The notes: generated from the sequence alone by a model not told the origin. Positions 35,101-48,329 are shown, counted from the first letter of the stretch. The stretch is 64,000 bases of DNA from Lophium mytilinum (GCA_010093605.1 MU004193.1:62001-126000); one strand, 5' to 3'. Numbers and translations are program-made.

Positions 35101-38100
35101 GATGACATCTTTCGCTTCGCCCACGACCGCTATTTTAGCGCTTCCGCATCCCTTAGAACTTACGATACAAAGCTGATGCATTTCATCATGGCGCAAACTC
35201 TCGTCAAGTATTACTCGATTGACGACAAGTACCGCACCAACGCCGCATCGTCAATTTGTGAATCGGTGGAAATGATTAGAAGCTCAGTGGCCCACAGACG
35301 ACCATTTAGAAAATGCCTACTGGATCTTGCACGCACGACTTGTGAGAGTGGCGTCAGATCCGAGGCATTGAAGCTTTATGCTGCTTGCGTTGCGCTGTTG
35401 CAGGATGATATGTGGGACGATGTGTCATATGAGGAGACACTACAGCTGTACACAGAAGCAGCCGAGACTTGCATATACAGAGGTCAGTATGAAAGCGCCG
35501 AAAATCTGCTTCTATCGGTCTCCTCCAACGCCAGGACTGCTGTTGATCTGGCTCCTTCGTTGATTCTTCAATCTCGCCTATTGGCACAACAAGGGGACTC
35601 GACTGGCGCCTTTGAAGCTTTGAAGCGATGCCTTGTGACTTTGGACGTCAAGGTCGACCATGAACCTACATTTTCAACATGCGATGCAGAGTTCAAGCGG
35701 TTGTTTCGAGAAATACAGAATGTTGATATGGATTCACTAGTCAAAAAGGCCACGGTCGAGGACTCGAATCTGGCTGCGGTCGGAGCAGTTCTTGTGGAGG
35801 CCACCAGCGCTGCTTTCTGGTCCGACACATTGACGTTTTATCGAATGACACTGATTATGGTTGATACTCATCTGTCCTCTGGCAGTTTTCCCCAATCGGG
35901 CATGGGCTTTCTACAACTAGCGCTGATTGCTGCCACGAGGCACAATATGATCAGTTTCGCCAGCGACTGTGGGAATATCGCTCTGGCTCTTATTGATAAA
36001 TGGAAAGACCCCTTCACAATGGGAAGAGGGGGGACCTTGTACTCTACTTTCGTGGGACATTTCCAGCATCCCCTCCAACAATCGATTCCCCAATTGGAAA
36101 ATGCTCTGGACTTTGCAATTCAGGCTGGCGATAGGATAGCCACCATTCTGAATTTTGGATTCGTCAGCAACCTCAAATTCTTCACATCAGCAAACCTAGT
36201 CGAGCTCGAATCGTTCTGTACTTACGCCTGTCAGGACATCCCGAATTGGGAAATGGACACTCTTGGAGGCACCATGATCATCACAATCAAGCAAGTCTGC
36301 CGGGCCCTACAGGGAAAAACCGACACCGGGAACCCCCTGGGAGTGATGAGTGATGATCAACATGACTCATTGCTGTACAAATCTTGGCTTCTTCATACCG
36401 TGAAAAACAGTGATCGACCCCTGATGCTTTACGAGAGCATTGAGATCGCCCCTCTGTTTTTGTATGGCCACTATGCGAATGCGGTTGACCTGGGAAATTC
36501 CTGTCTCAAGAAGATTAACGCCATATGGTCTGCACGGAATACTCGTTTTCTCATGTTTTTCCAGGCTCTGTCTCTTGCCGGATCTATTTGGGTCAGAGTC
36601 CAAGAGCAACTGGACCCGGTATATCGTGCACAGTCTCCTCTACTCTCGTCAGATATCAACGGTACTTCCTTAGAAGCAACACTGCTGGAAGAAATTGAAG
36701 GGATGGCGAATCTCTTGAAATACTTCAAGAGGAAAATTGAACTGTGGCAAGCCGTCATAGATGTCAATTATTTGGCATGGTCGAAAATACTCGCTGCTCA
36801 GATCGCCGAGATGGAAAACGACGCAAACGGTGCACTTCGTCTCTGGGAAGAAGCGTTGGCGCATGCATCAAAGCACGGGTTTGTGTTTGAAGAAGCGCTC
36901 GCCAGTAATCTCCTGGGCAGCTACCTTCTACGTAAAGGATCTCCTAGACTAGCCAAGACGGCGTTTCGTGAAGCCATTGCCCTTTACCGCCAAATGGGCG
37001 CGATTGGAGTTGCCAGCCATATTGAAAACGAACATCAATCTTTGTTGCGGGAGTTCAGCATCAAGCCATCGACAGCGGATTTTGGCATTCAAGCGGATCT
37101 TGATGACAAGCTACACGACTTGCATGTTGTAGCAAACGACGAATCTCCTCTCCGCCCAGTAGTCTCTGATAAAGTCCACACGTGGCAGGAAGACACTGCA
37201 TTTGTTGACGTGCTTCCAGTAGCGGCACTTCACATGATGGATTTAACCTCCTTACTCAAGAGCTCACAGGTCATCTCGAGTGTTTTACGAGTGGACCAAC
37301 TTCTCAAAACCATGTGTGAGATAATCTTACAAAACTGCAAAGGCGTGGCATCCCTAGCAGCCATTGTCATTGAAGAGTCGGAGGGCTGGGTGATTGCCGC
37401 GAGCGGCGATCCCGAAGAAGGAGCTGAAGCTCACAACCCGTCTCCGCCCCTCAAAGGATCTGCACTCATCGCTGAGGGTGTAGTGAATTACTGCACCCGT
37501 TTCAGAGAGACAGTTCTCTTGCCCGATCTCATGCTGGATAATCGATTTTCAAATGTCAACGAGAGTTGGTCAGCCCGGAATCCGGGCAGCAAATCTGTAG
37601 TAGCCTTCCCCATTTGCTATGGTGAAAACAAGCCTCTCCTCGGTGTTTTATACCTCGAAGGCCAACCCAACGCGTTTACCACTCGCAGTCTTGAAGTTCT
37701 TCTGCTGCTTGTCAACCAGATTGGAATCAGCTATTCTAATGCCTTGACCCTCAAAGAAGTTGAAAAGGTTTCGGCCATAAACCGGTCAATGGTTGAGGTG
37801 CAGAAAAAGGCACTCTCTGAAGCGATCGTGGCAGAGAGCAACGCGAACATTGCAAAAGCAGAAGCACTGCGAAATGCGAAGTTGGCGGAAGAGGCTGCTC
37901 AAGCAAAAACGACCTTTCTCGCTAACATCTCTCATGAGCTTCGGACCCCACTCAATGGTGTCATTGGCAACTCTGACCTCCTCATTGATAGCCAACTGGA
38001 AGAACATCAAGCTGAAATGGCTGGATCCATTCGGGTTTCGGCGGATCTATTACTCAGTCTTATTAACGATGTTCTGGATTTCTCAAAGATCGAGGCTCAC

Positions 38101-39111
38101 AAGATGGAGCTTCATCTCATCCCGTTCGATGCCAACAAGATGCTCCAAGAAGTTATCCGGTCAATCCCCATGGATAAGCGGCAGCGAATAAACTCGAAAG
38201 ACGTTCAGGTTGTACAAAAGATCGACCTTCCTCAAGCTTTGCTCAAGGGCGATTCTCTGCGCCTCCACCAGATCCTCGGCAATCTCATAAACAACAGCAT
38301 GAAATTCACGGAAAAGGGAACGGTCACGATTGGAGCCAAAACCGAATGGGAGACCGACGTTGCCGCACATCTTACCTTCTGGGTAGAGGACACGGGGATT
38401 GGCATTCCAACCCAACAAGTGCACAAACTCTTCAAGCCTTTCAGCCAGGCCGATGCTAGCACAGCGCGTAAATACGGTGGCAGCGGCCTCGGCCTCAGCA
38501 TCTGCAAGTCCCTCATCGAATACATGCACGGCCAAATCGCGCTCGAAAGCACCGAGAACGTCGGAACCACCGTCTCATTCTCGCTCACGCTCCCGAAAGC
38601 CGACTCGAAAGCACTGGTAGGCGAGGACCAACCGGACGCCGGTATCCCATCAAGCTCTAACGACGTCGAGGACGTAGCAACAACCGCTTTCACTAACCTC
38701 GCTTCGCTGCGCAGTGACGAGTTGCGCATCTGCATTGCCGAAGACAACCCCATCAACCAAAAAATCGCGCTTCAGTTCCTCAAAAAACTTAAGTTTGACG
38801 ACGTCGACGCCTACGACAACGGGCTCGTGGCCGTGGAAGGCATTCGGCAGCAGGCGCGAGAAGGGAGGCCGTACCACATCGTGCTCATGGACGTGCAGAT
38901 GCCGCTGATGGACGGCTATGAAGCGACGAAGCTGTTGCGGCAGGATCCGCTCGCGGCGGTGAGGGGCATCTTGGTGATTGCGGTGACGGCGAGTGCGGTG
39001 CAGGGGGATAAGGAGAAGTGTTTGGCGTCGGGGATGAATGATTACCTGGTCAAGCCGGTGAGATTGGCGGTGTTGAAGAAGAAGATTGGGCAGTACGTGC
39101 AGGTACCGTGA
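32113..39111 (+). CDS. group X hybrid histidine kinase (S/T-kinase-like, AAA/P-loop, GAF, HisKA, HATPase, receiver; Chk1/Mak2-3/PhkA type)
   Basis: Exons 32113-32240, 32297-34500 and 34562-39111 join in frame. Motifs HGEIRGDAFH and MSPEQTGR, GIAGLGKT, H-box FLANISHELRTPLNGV, NLINNSMKFT, DTGIGI, GGSGLGLSI, and receiver AEDN..LMDVQMP..KP. Confidence 0.95.
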
Positions 39112-39820
39112 GGGGAGCGACTGGATGAGGGTGTTCTGGATAGCGCGGTTTTGAGGAGTTTCTTTGGGGGGTGCATCGGGCGGTGAAGATTGCAGCACAT
39201 CGGGCCAAGTGGCCCTGTTTCGAATTTCATATTATCACTGACACTGTGGATTGACGCATTACTGCGGAGAAGGGATGGACTGCGGGACGATATTCAAGCC
39301 GCAGCCTCGTTCTAAACTGAAATTGAGAAGCATATAGCATACTCGATCGAAATTAGAACAATTCGGCAAATCTCGCGATCCTGCTGCATTCTCCTAGCCT
39401 CTAAATAGTGAAATCAATGTAAAGATAAGTTTTCGCGCTTGAGATATTCAAAAAGGAGACTTCCCGCACTTGAGCCACATCTTCGATCTCTCGTACGACG
39501 GGCAGTTGGGGCTTGATGTGGATCAGACGCTTGAAGAAATATTTACCGTGCTGCAAGATGTTGGCGTCAGCTATGGAGAGAAAAAAGCTGATTGCAGGCA
39601 CCCTTGGCGTGGGCCTTTCTACTGCAGATCACGTGAGGTGGCACCAATGCACAGGAACGCCGTGGATAGGGCCTGCAAACCCAGGAAGCTGGATGAATTC
39701 ACTCAACATAGACACATTCACCTCAAACCCTCTCAACCCAGCATCGATCAGCCAAATGGGTATTCTATTCCGCATCTATCGCTAACCTCTACCAAGCCAC
39801 GCCATCCCAGGCCGTCACAC

Positions 39821-40871
39821 CTATTTCCCGTGAACAAACACCCTTTCCTCAATCGGCTTAAACGTCTTCTCATTCGCCTCGCCCGCCTTCCCTCCAAACA
39901 CCAACTGCGCCCTCAGCTTCCAGTTGCCGGGCACCTTCCACTCCTCGGCCACCTTCGCATCGATCAGCGGGTGGTAATGCTGCAGATTCGCGCCGAAGCC
40001 CTCCGCCTCGAGCCCCGCCCACAGCACGAACTGGTGCATCGCCGACGTATGCTCCGACCACGTCGGCATGTGATCCGCATAGATGGGATAAGCCTTTTGC
40101 AGCGCCAAGACGGGCTCCGGGTCCTCATAGAACAGGATCTTCGCGAAATCAGCCCGACTCTTTCACGACGCATGCTATGCTCGAACTATATAGCGTAAAT
40201 TGGAATCAACTCACGGTTCCGTATCCGGCCCCAAACGCCCCCAGCTTCCCCGCCGTCGCCTCCCACTGGTCTTCAGGCACCGCCGGCTTCAGGATGCCCG
40301 ACACGAGCGTGTTCCAGAACTTGTCGTGCTCGTCTTTCAGCAGCACGATGACGCGGGTGGTCTGCGTGTTGAAGAAGGAGGGCACGCTGAGCACGGTGTC
40401 CTTCACCAGCTGCTCGATCGCGGCGTCGGAGATCGGCGCTTCCTTGTTCAGCGCGTAGACCGAGCGCCGGCCCTTGACCGCGTCGATAAACGAAACCTTA
40501 GACGCCATACTCGCTGCCGTCGTCGTCGTCGTCGTCGTAGAAGTAGTCGCAGGGGTCGTCGCGGCTTCCTTGTCCTTAGCGGAGTGGTTGTTGGAGGTGG
40601 TGGATTTGAAGCGCTTATTCAACGAATCGATCAAGCCCATGCCCTGCGTAGTCGAGGTGAGTTGCGAGCGTGCTGCTGCTGGATTACTGCACGGCTGGAT
40701 TCCACTCGCGGTGTGCAGGTATTTGTAGAGACCCGGGCGTAGCAGGAGCGGGAGTCGTTGCATGGCGATTTCTAATATGCTGTCGTGGGCGGGGGTTAGG
40801 ATGGCGTGCAAGAGCAGCCCGATTAGGAGACCGGCGGCGAAGAGGAGTGTAGAACTCCGGAACGGAAGCAT
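39821..40871 (-). CDS. nitroreductase-family protein (Frm2/Hbn1-like)
   Basis: KGRRSVYAL, VPSFFNTQTTR, GYGT|ILFYED across intron 40214-40139, GFGANLQHYHP, WKLRAQLVFG. The start is uncertain (40871, 40763 or 40508). Confidence 0.92.
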
Positions 40872-41778
40872 GGGGCTCCGGGGCGTTTGTCAGCTTATGT
40901 AAAGGGCGAGAGAGAGGTGGGTGGTGGGTAAGGCGGTGTGGGGTTGGGGTGGTGGTTTGATGGTTTTTTGGGCCCGGAATCGTTGCGTTCATGCGGCTGG
41001 GTTTGGTGTTGAATTGTAACGGGGATCGTTTTTGGAGAGCCGGAAAGTCGCTCCGAGGCTGGGGGGCCGCTAATGGTCTGATGGTCAGGCTTGCGTTGAT
41101 AAGCGAGTTGTTAGGAAGGCGGAATCTACCTATCTTTACTACTCCTACTCTCAGATGGGATTATATATGTTTAATTGGTAAACACTGTCTATATTACACT
41201 TTCTAAGCAACATGGCAGCAATCGAGCAACTACTTAGCCTTTCCGACGTCAAGTTCGGGCTTAAAGAAGGCCCGATACGTACATTCGTGCTGGAAAGATA
41301 CAGGGGTGGAGGATCTGCTTACCGCGCCGGCTCGGAACGCGATCTGTGGCCCGAGTGCTTAATAACAGGGCGGAATGGTCCCGTTCGTGGAACATATTGT
41401 AAATCAGAGCGGGAAGAACGAATGGCATTACTGAAGTCGGGTATTTGTCTTTGTTTACTTGTTGGAGTACTCCGAGTAGCTGGGGATTTGAGAAATGATC
41501 AGCAACTTGGTGTGGATCTATGTACTACTGCACCTGTGGGGTGGCAGCCAGAGCTCACGTGACCAAGATCTGTTGGTTGTGAGAGATCATGAAACATCAA
41601 TATCCGAGTTAGGAAAGAGGCAGGTGTGGTTTTTAAAGTCTCCTAGATCTTACATGAACAAGAGACGATGAGATAAGGTTTCTACACGTGATCGCTCAAA
41701 CATCCTCTCAAACTTCCTGGTCCGTTCTTTCAACACCATCATTTTCATTGTCTTCACCATCATTCCTTACTGTCTTCA

Positions 41779-43680
41779 TCACGCATGCTCAATCCTCGTT
41801 GCGGCGAGCTCCTTTTCCATGTTCGGGGTCAAGCCTTGATGCGTTGCGACATGTGTGAGTCCTTCGCCGGACTTATCTCCATGGGCCGCTACGACGAGTT
41901 CGTGGGTATTGTGGTCGACGTGAATGTCTTCTGCGTACACCATGATGTCTTCTGTGTCGCCGAAAATCTTCGCCATCTCTTCAATGGGGATTCCTTTCGT
42001 TTCTGGCAGGACTAAGAACATGAGGATGGCTCCGAGACCGCTGATGATGATGAAGACCTGCAACAGCAATTAGCTCACGGCCTATCTGGGAATGGAGAGG
42101 TGCTAACCAAGTAAAACTTCCAACCAATGTTGGCAAAAGCTGTGGCTGTCGCCTGAAGGTATACCAGATCTGTAAGCGCGATGGTAGCGACTGAAAGACA
42201 GACACCCTTTGCGCGGATATGATTGGGGAACAGCTCTCCGTAGAAGACGACACCAGCGACGTCAATACCCACACTATACACGGCTAGGAAGCAGTAGAAT
42301 GCCGCGACGCCGACGCCCAGGCCGGCTTTGTTCGTTCCCGCAGCGGCGAAGTTCGCAACCATTGCAGCCTCGATGATTAAGGTTACGCAACAGGCTGCCA
42401 CACCGAATATCATCAACGGACGACGTCCGATCCGGTCCATCAACGATGCTCCGACGAAGTTGAAGATGATTCCAACCGTGATCCATCCACACTGGAGAGC
42501 AAGCTGGTCTTTCGTGCCATAGCCGAGAGCTTTGTACAGCGTTGGGCCGTAGTTGTTGATGACCAAAACGGCTGTACTTTGGCCTATGAACGCGAACCCC
42601 ATCGCTAACGCAGTACGCTTCCGATAGCTTGGCTTCGAAAACATTGCTCTCTGAGACAAGATTAGCCTTCCGTCTTCAGTTTAGATTTGATGTACCTACC
42701 CATCCAGGATCTAATGTCCGATCAAGCTCAGCCTGTTTCTGCATCTGGTAGAACTCCCCTCGGGCAAATTCCTGGTCGGGATCGTTCTTGATCTTATGCA
42801 GCTTGTACACAATCTCTTGAGCTTTGTCGACTTTTCCTTTCAACAAGAGCCACCTCGGGGATTCGGGGATGAAGAACATGACGACGAGCATCATCAGCGG
42901 CCAGACCAGAGCAAGTCCTAAAGGGCCACGCCATTGGAGAGCCGGGTCCTTCGCGAAATAGAACGCCATGCCCATGTAGGAAGCAAGGGCATAGCCGAGA
43001 GCGATGTTCACGCCATTCATACCGACGAAGAAGCCACGGAGTGCAGGAGGTGCAAGCTCGGTGGTAAAGGTTGGAGCTTTCATAGTTAGCTAATGGTGGT
43101 AACCTGGCCATGAATGCGTCTGCCATGATGCTCCAGACAGCGTCAACATGGTGTACACACATTAATAGTGTATCCCGGTTTCTAATAGTACGTCGGGGCC
43201 CCTCAGACAGTGGTAGGGAAGTGTACTCACTGACTGCCAAGAATCCCCAACTACCAACTCCAGCGAAGAATCTAGCGACGATGAACATAGCAATGTTCTT
43301 CGATCCGACGAGAAGGCCTCCGCCGAAGAGCGAGAAAACCGCGCAATAGATAATGCCGGCTTTGCGGCCCCATCTCTCCATTACAAAACTACATGCCAGG
43401 ACACCGAGAACGGCCCCAGCCTATCACAGTCAGGATCTTTCAGAATACTGTGCGAAAAGCGTACCTGAAAAACTCCAGAAGTCGCCCCGATGAGCTCGTT
43501 TGCATTCGGCGTCAACGCTTCCGTCTTCGGGTCCAGCAGTCCCATATAGATCAGAAACGACGGTTCCCCGAGCGTCACCCCAATGACCGAAGCTGGGTAT
43601 CCGAACGCAACCTGACCCAAGGACACTAAACCACAGACCACGAAATTATACCAGTTGAACTGGTGGAGTTTGGCGCCCAT
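41779..43680 (-). CDS. MFS sugar porter family transporter (5 exons)
   Basis: ERWGRK, TELAPPALRG, PESPRWL, DRIGRRPL, ELFPNHIRAKG, PETKG motifs. Introns at 43464-43421, 43230-43077, 42699-42651 and 42107-42058. Confidence 0.93.
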
Positions 43681-45400
43681 GCTTGCTGAACCTCAAAACC
43701 AAACGATTAATTTTTCCAATCAAAGTCGTCGAGATCGGTTGAGATTATAACCGCGGGTGTATGTTAGGACTCCCATCGCTCCTTATATCCACCCCTCCAT
43801 CATAGTCTTCCCAACGTCAGACGCCCACTTCTGTTCATTCCTAAACCAGACACGAATCATGATTAGGCTTGATAGGCTGGATATGAGGACTACGGGCCTG
43901 GATGCGCGCCACCGACGGGGATGGCCTGGTTCTCGAGAATCAGAATCTGGGGTTCCGCGTGGAGAGAAGGCGGGGGAGCCGCGTATCATGCAGCTTGCCC
44001 ACTTCGACGGGACTATCACGATCGGATAGAGGGTAGGACTGTGGTCCAGACACCCGGTAGCAGGTTATGCTTCACCCAACAGCTTGAAGCCAAGGCATGC
44101 TTTGCGTGTTTCCTCACTAAAGTAGGCTTTGTTATATCCAATGACCGGCCATTTTGGGTCTTTCGAGGTAACAGACTCCAGATGAGGTTGACAGTGATCG
44201 CTCGACTCGAGTCCTTACAATGACTCTGGCTAGCTGACTCTACTAGAGTCCGTCGGCTGCCCACCGCAAGCGCTGTCGGTAAAGTTCCTAGCGCCGGTAA
44301 TTAGACTGCTATACTTTTCATATGCGGGGAAGGGAATTAAGCCCTCAATCAGATTGCTAGTGTGCGGTAGTCGTGACCTTGCCTGGATTCTGATTCGTCT
44401 GGCCCTTAGATATCACCAGTTCTTACGCTGAGCAAGCAGGAATTAAGCCTCCTATGTTACTAGCCGCGCCACGTGGGAGCGCGTTGTGCTCTTAGAACGC
44501 AACGTCTGAGTACGTGGTTTTATGAGGTATGATACGGATCCGAGTTCTTAGATGAGCGTGATCCTCTTTATCGAGTTCTTTTCCTATTTCCTTATGTTAT
44601 ATGCATTACATCCGATCTCATATATACTCATCTGTTCGAAGGTACCAGTCGCTTCTATGTCGAGTTCTACCTAATCACCAAATTTCCAACGTAATAAGCT
44701 TGTGACTGGCGGAGGGAAATTTTTTCAATGTTTTGACTGTGCCTGGTAGGTTGGGCATCTTCGTTCACAGGCACTACGTTTTCGGATGTATCAGGGTATG
44801 AGAATAGATCGATGCTGAATGAAACGGAGAGAAGACGGGAATAGAAGAGAGACAACTACTGGTGAGATTTGTCGACTTGCGGCGCGGGTCATGTGTGCGA
44901 TGCCGCTTTCTGACCCTTGTTAAAATCCTCGGCAGGTTGATGTAGAAAGTTCTGCTAATGGAAACGAGCTGTTGGAAATGCAGCGTAGACAACACTTGTT
45001 TGGATTTTTACTAGGTTTCTTTCTATGAATATCTTTGTGGCTAGTGCTGGATCCCGCACCCCTGTCGACTTAATGGTAAGGCTGACATACGTCTTCCTCT
45101 AGGCTGACACTGCCTACTATACATACTCGGTGACGAGGTTAACACCACCCATTGCTGCAGTCACAAGGCTGACACCATACATCATATGGGTCAACGATTG
45201 AGCATTATGAAGTGGACAATCAAAAGCATAGCTGGGTTCACTGTTACCTAGAGATGTTGCCTAAACGTGCCGTCATTTGAAGATCTGCAACCTATTACCC
45301 AAAAATACCCTACTCGCCCACCAAAAAAAGTTCTCAACGCCAACTCAGGCCTTCTCTTGTTAGCCTCTTCATCCTCGGGTCCTCTTCTCTGCACCCTTCC

Positions 45401-46371
45401 ATGGCATCATCAGACATGCCGTCGCAATCTGACCATGACGCACGCTTTAGACGAGAAGTTCGAGAGGGATTTGATAGCGATATTAGAGGAGTTTCCAGCG
45501 AAGATGATAAGCTAGACCTGTTAGTATCTATCTAAAGCTTCAGCTTCCATTTTATTAAAGATGCCGTGCGCCGACCGCCAGCCGATGCCGAGGCCGTGCA
45601 GCAAGGACTTGACGTTCTTTGGCACATGTTTCTTCAGGCCGCTAAGGTACTTGGAAAAGACGACGCCATTTGAGACAAACTCATTTCGTTGCTGCTATGG
45701 ACGAAGGAGTTCGACTTGTTTCACAAGAGCCTCCACCCTACCGACAGAGCTACCACCCCTTGGGAGAGATACGGCTTTGCCGACAGCTTGCAAGCGACAT
45801 GGGATGAGCTATTGGCGACTGGCACGGCCTTGCAGCAATGCAGTCTTGCCGCAATTTCAGCTAAGGTCCTTACGGTTGGTGTGTGCCGAGAATTAATTGG
45901 CCTAACAGCATTATGGTACCTGCGCGAAACCCTCGAAACAGACGATGATACGGAGACTTTCGCTCTACTCCGCACGGCCGTTGTCTGGATTGAGACCTGC
46001 CGCCATTTACTTCTTACCTTCTTAGCGATAAGTTAGTCCTATAAAACGCACTTAAAGGCTCGCTTGGCGGTCCCCGGAGTACTCGTACGATAAGCAGGCA
46101 TAGACAATCAGGGCTTCAGTTTAAAACGATAGCTGTTTGGAGACGGTGCCTTCAGCTTCTAAGTCATAACACGGATCCTGTAGTCGCTAAGGAGGCTAAA
46201 AAGGGCTTCATGGCTATGATCTTCTGCGGTCGTGACTTGGACTATGATGTGCCAGGCGAGACGAAATTCACAGAGAAGCTCCAGGCAGCAATGGAAGCGG
46301 AACTAGTCAGGAGCGGAGAGCAGAGCGTAGATGGCGATGATATCGATATCTAGGTGGACTGGGTGGATTAA
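45401..46371 (+). pseudogene. DUF3632-like pseudogene with RIP-type nonsense changes
   Basis: LWHMFLQAAK..DKLISLL, LWYLRETLET, AVVWIE, GFSLKR(W)LF(W)RR resemble DUF3632 (recognised from memory). Stops at 45533, 45671, 46034, 46091, 46130, 46351, and a frameshift near 46139. Confidence 0.75.
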
Positions 46372-47054
46372 GCGCTCACGCTCGGGAAGGATCCTGATAT
46401 AAAGGCTTCACACGATATCGGCGTTACGCACCAAATCTGAACTCGTTTGCATCTCACACAAAAGGGTATTCCTAGTCACAAGACCTCTTGACAATTGTAC
46501 CCAAAATCACGTTGTTAGAATTGACACAAGTTTGTTCTTTCATATCCACCTGGGGTCTAACTGCGATAAACTTGAAATGGCTTAAGATAGAACAAGCACT
46601 TCTAAGATAAACCATTACAGCGATGTATAAGACTACCAGCCAGATCCTCTCCAGACGGCGGGGCTTTTCTCTGTCCAGATCCTATCATTCCACGAGAAGG
46701 TTATTAGCTGTACCGAGGAGACCTGGGCCGGTTTAGCCAGGTCCCATGATACGAGATGCAAGTGAATACGTCGAAGCTCTCGCATTGCACTGGTACAACC
46801 TCTTTGCTCGTTGTGCCGTAACAGGAATCTATTTGGACAAGTATATGCCTTCACAATGCTGAAAATCTACCTTTCCGCCTCACCAACTTACTTGGCAGTC
46901 TTCAATCTCGGTCCTTAAATACCGGTCGAGGTTCACGTATTCCATGATCCTGCACAGCTTCCAGTTCTCCGATCAAAAGCACCGCAACTGCATCCGAATC
47001 AGTCGCTCCGCCTTCCGTACTCAGAGCTTCTCTTGCCCAGCTTCCCGTGTCTCC

Positions 47055-47642
47055 ATGTCCAAGATGCCGGACAAGTCTATTCCCACAATTTGTGTGACCG
47101 ACCCTGGAGGACTCACTAGGGAAGCCGCTGAGGTCGAGGAGATGATTAATACTCCTCGTGTCACCGCCGAGCGAGCCATTTGGACTTGGAACCAAGCCAA
47201 CACTATATATGTGAAGGCCCAACAGGATCTCAAATCTGGGGCTCAGTGCTTCCTTGATGCGAAACAGTATATCCCATCCGACTTCGCCGGACACCCTAAT
47301 CACCAGAAATCAAACCCTACAGCCACACGAGCCTCGGAGATCGCAGAGCTCTACAAGAAGGCTTCAACGGTGATGATCGTCGCATCCGCAACCTTGCGTA
47401 GTGCGCTCAAAGGGTTTCAACAAGCATTCAAGCTCTTTCAAGAGGCCTTGAAGGATATGCCAAGAGTGCATGTTGAAATGTGCGAGCGCACAACTACGTC
47501 AGCAAGGGAGCAATACAATGAAGCCCAGGAGCTCTTGTTGCCAGTGAATGCGGAAGTCAAGAAGTTACATGTGCTGGCCATGGCGTGGGACGCTCAAGCA
47601 CATGCTTTCGCGAAGACGGAGCGCAACGGCCAGGATGATTAG
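47055..47642 (+). CDS. J-family paralog J3 (C-terminal domain only, no J-domain)
   Basis: IPSDFAGHPNHQKSNPTATRASEIAELYKKAS...LHVLAMAW aligns with J4, J5 and J1. Confidence 0.8.
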   Translation: MSKMPDKSIPTICVTDPGGLTREAAEVEEMINTPRVTAERAIWTWNQANTIYVKAQQDLKSGAQCFLDAKQYIPSDFAGHPNHQKSNPTATRASEIAELYKKASTVMIVASATLRSALKGFQQAFKLFQEALKDMPRVHVEMCERTTTSAREQYNEAQELLLPVNAEVKKLHVLAMAWDAQAHAFAKTERNGQDD

Positions 47643-48329
47643 GAGCTCCAGGCTCGATCGTTCTTTTCTCCAACCTCCCTTCTCAACACAACGGCATTCA
47701 GGTATCGTACACTGAGTAGTCTGAGTGAACCTCAAATAGCCGCTGAACGGTTGGATATGGACCCCGACATGAGGATCCGATAGAAACGATCTCGTCGGAT
47801 ATCGCTTTCTTTGATTTTACTACATGGATGCACTTTACTGATTATCAGAAACTCTGGTAACCAGTTTCGCTGCTACAGCACTTACTTCAACACACACTCT
47901 GTGTTAAGACACTTTCCCCTTAACCGTTTCCTTTATACTCATAATGTAAAAGATCCATTTCCGTTCCTGGTACCTCACTGCAAAAGTCTCAAGCTCCATG
48001 TCCATCAAATCTTCCGTTCGTATATCTTAATTCATTACTCGCCGCCATGCTAGGGAAAGCCCCACAGAGCCAGTCCTGTGGGTCATAAACATTCACTATA
48101 AGATACGCGCTTCCCATGGTACCTAAACAATACTTTCTTTCATGCTTCCAGATTCACTGTGTACACATAACTGCGATGTATATAAACCTCTCCACGATTA
48201 CGCTTGCTAGATTTCATTCAAATCAACCACTGCCCCCGCCACCACAACCACCACCACCCGCCAGCCACCAACAGAGTTCCTCTACTCAGTCTTTCCCTCC
48301 ATCACATATCAGAAAACTCTGTTCTCATA

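Noticed and set aside
39470..40742. Long plus-strand ORFs (242 aa, 180 aa)
   Set aside because: Antisense shadows of the GC-rich nitroreductase gene.
25700..46400. Central gene block as cargo of a Starship-type giant transposon
   Set aside because: No DUF3435 tyrosine-recombinase captain and no recognisable terminal repeats or target-site duplication.
47811..48329. J4 promoter as a carrier of the ACAATG motif
   Set aside because: Only ACAATA (~48127) was found; it is an exception to the motif pattern and was not counted.
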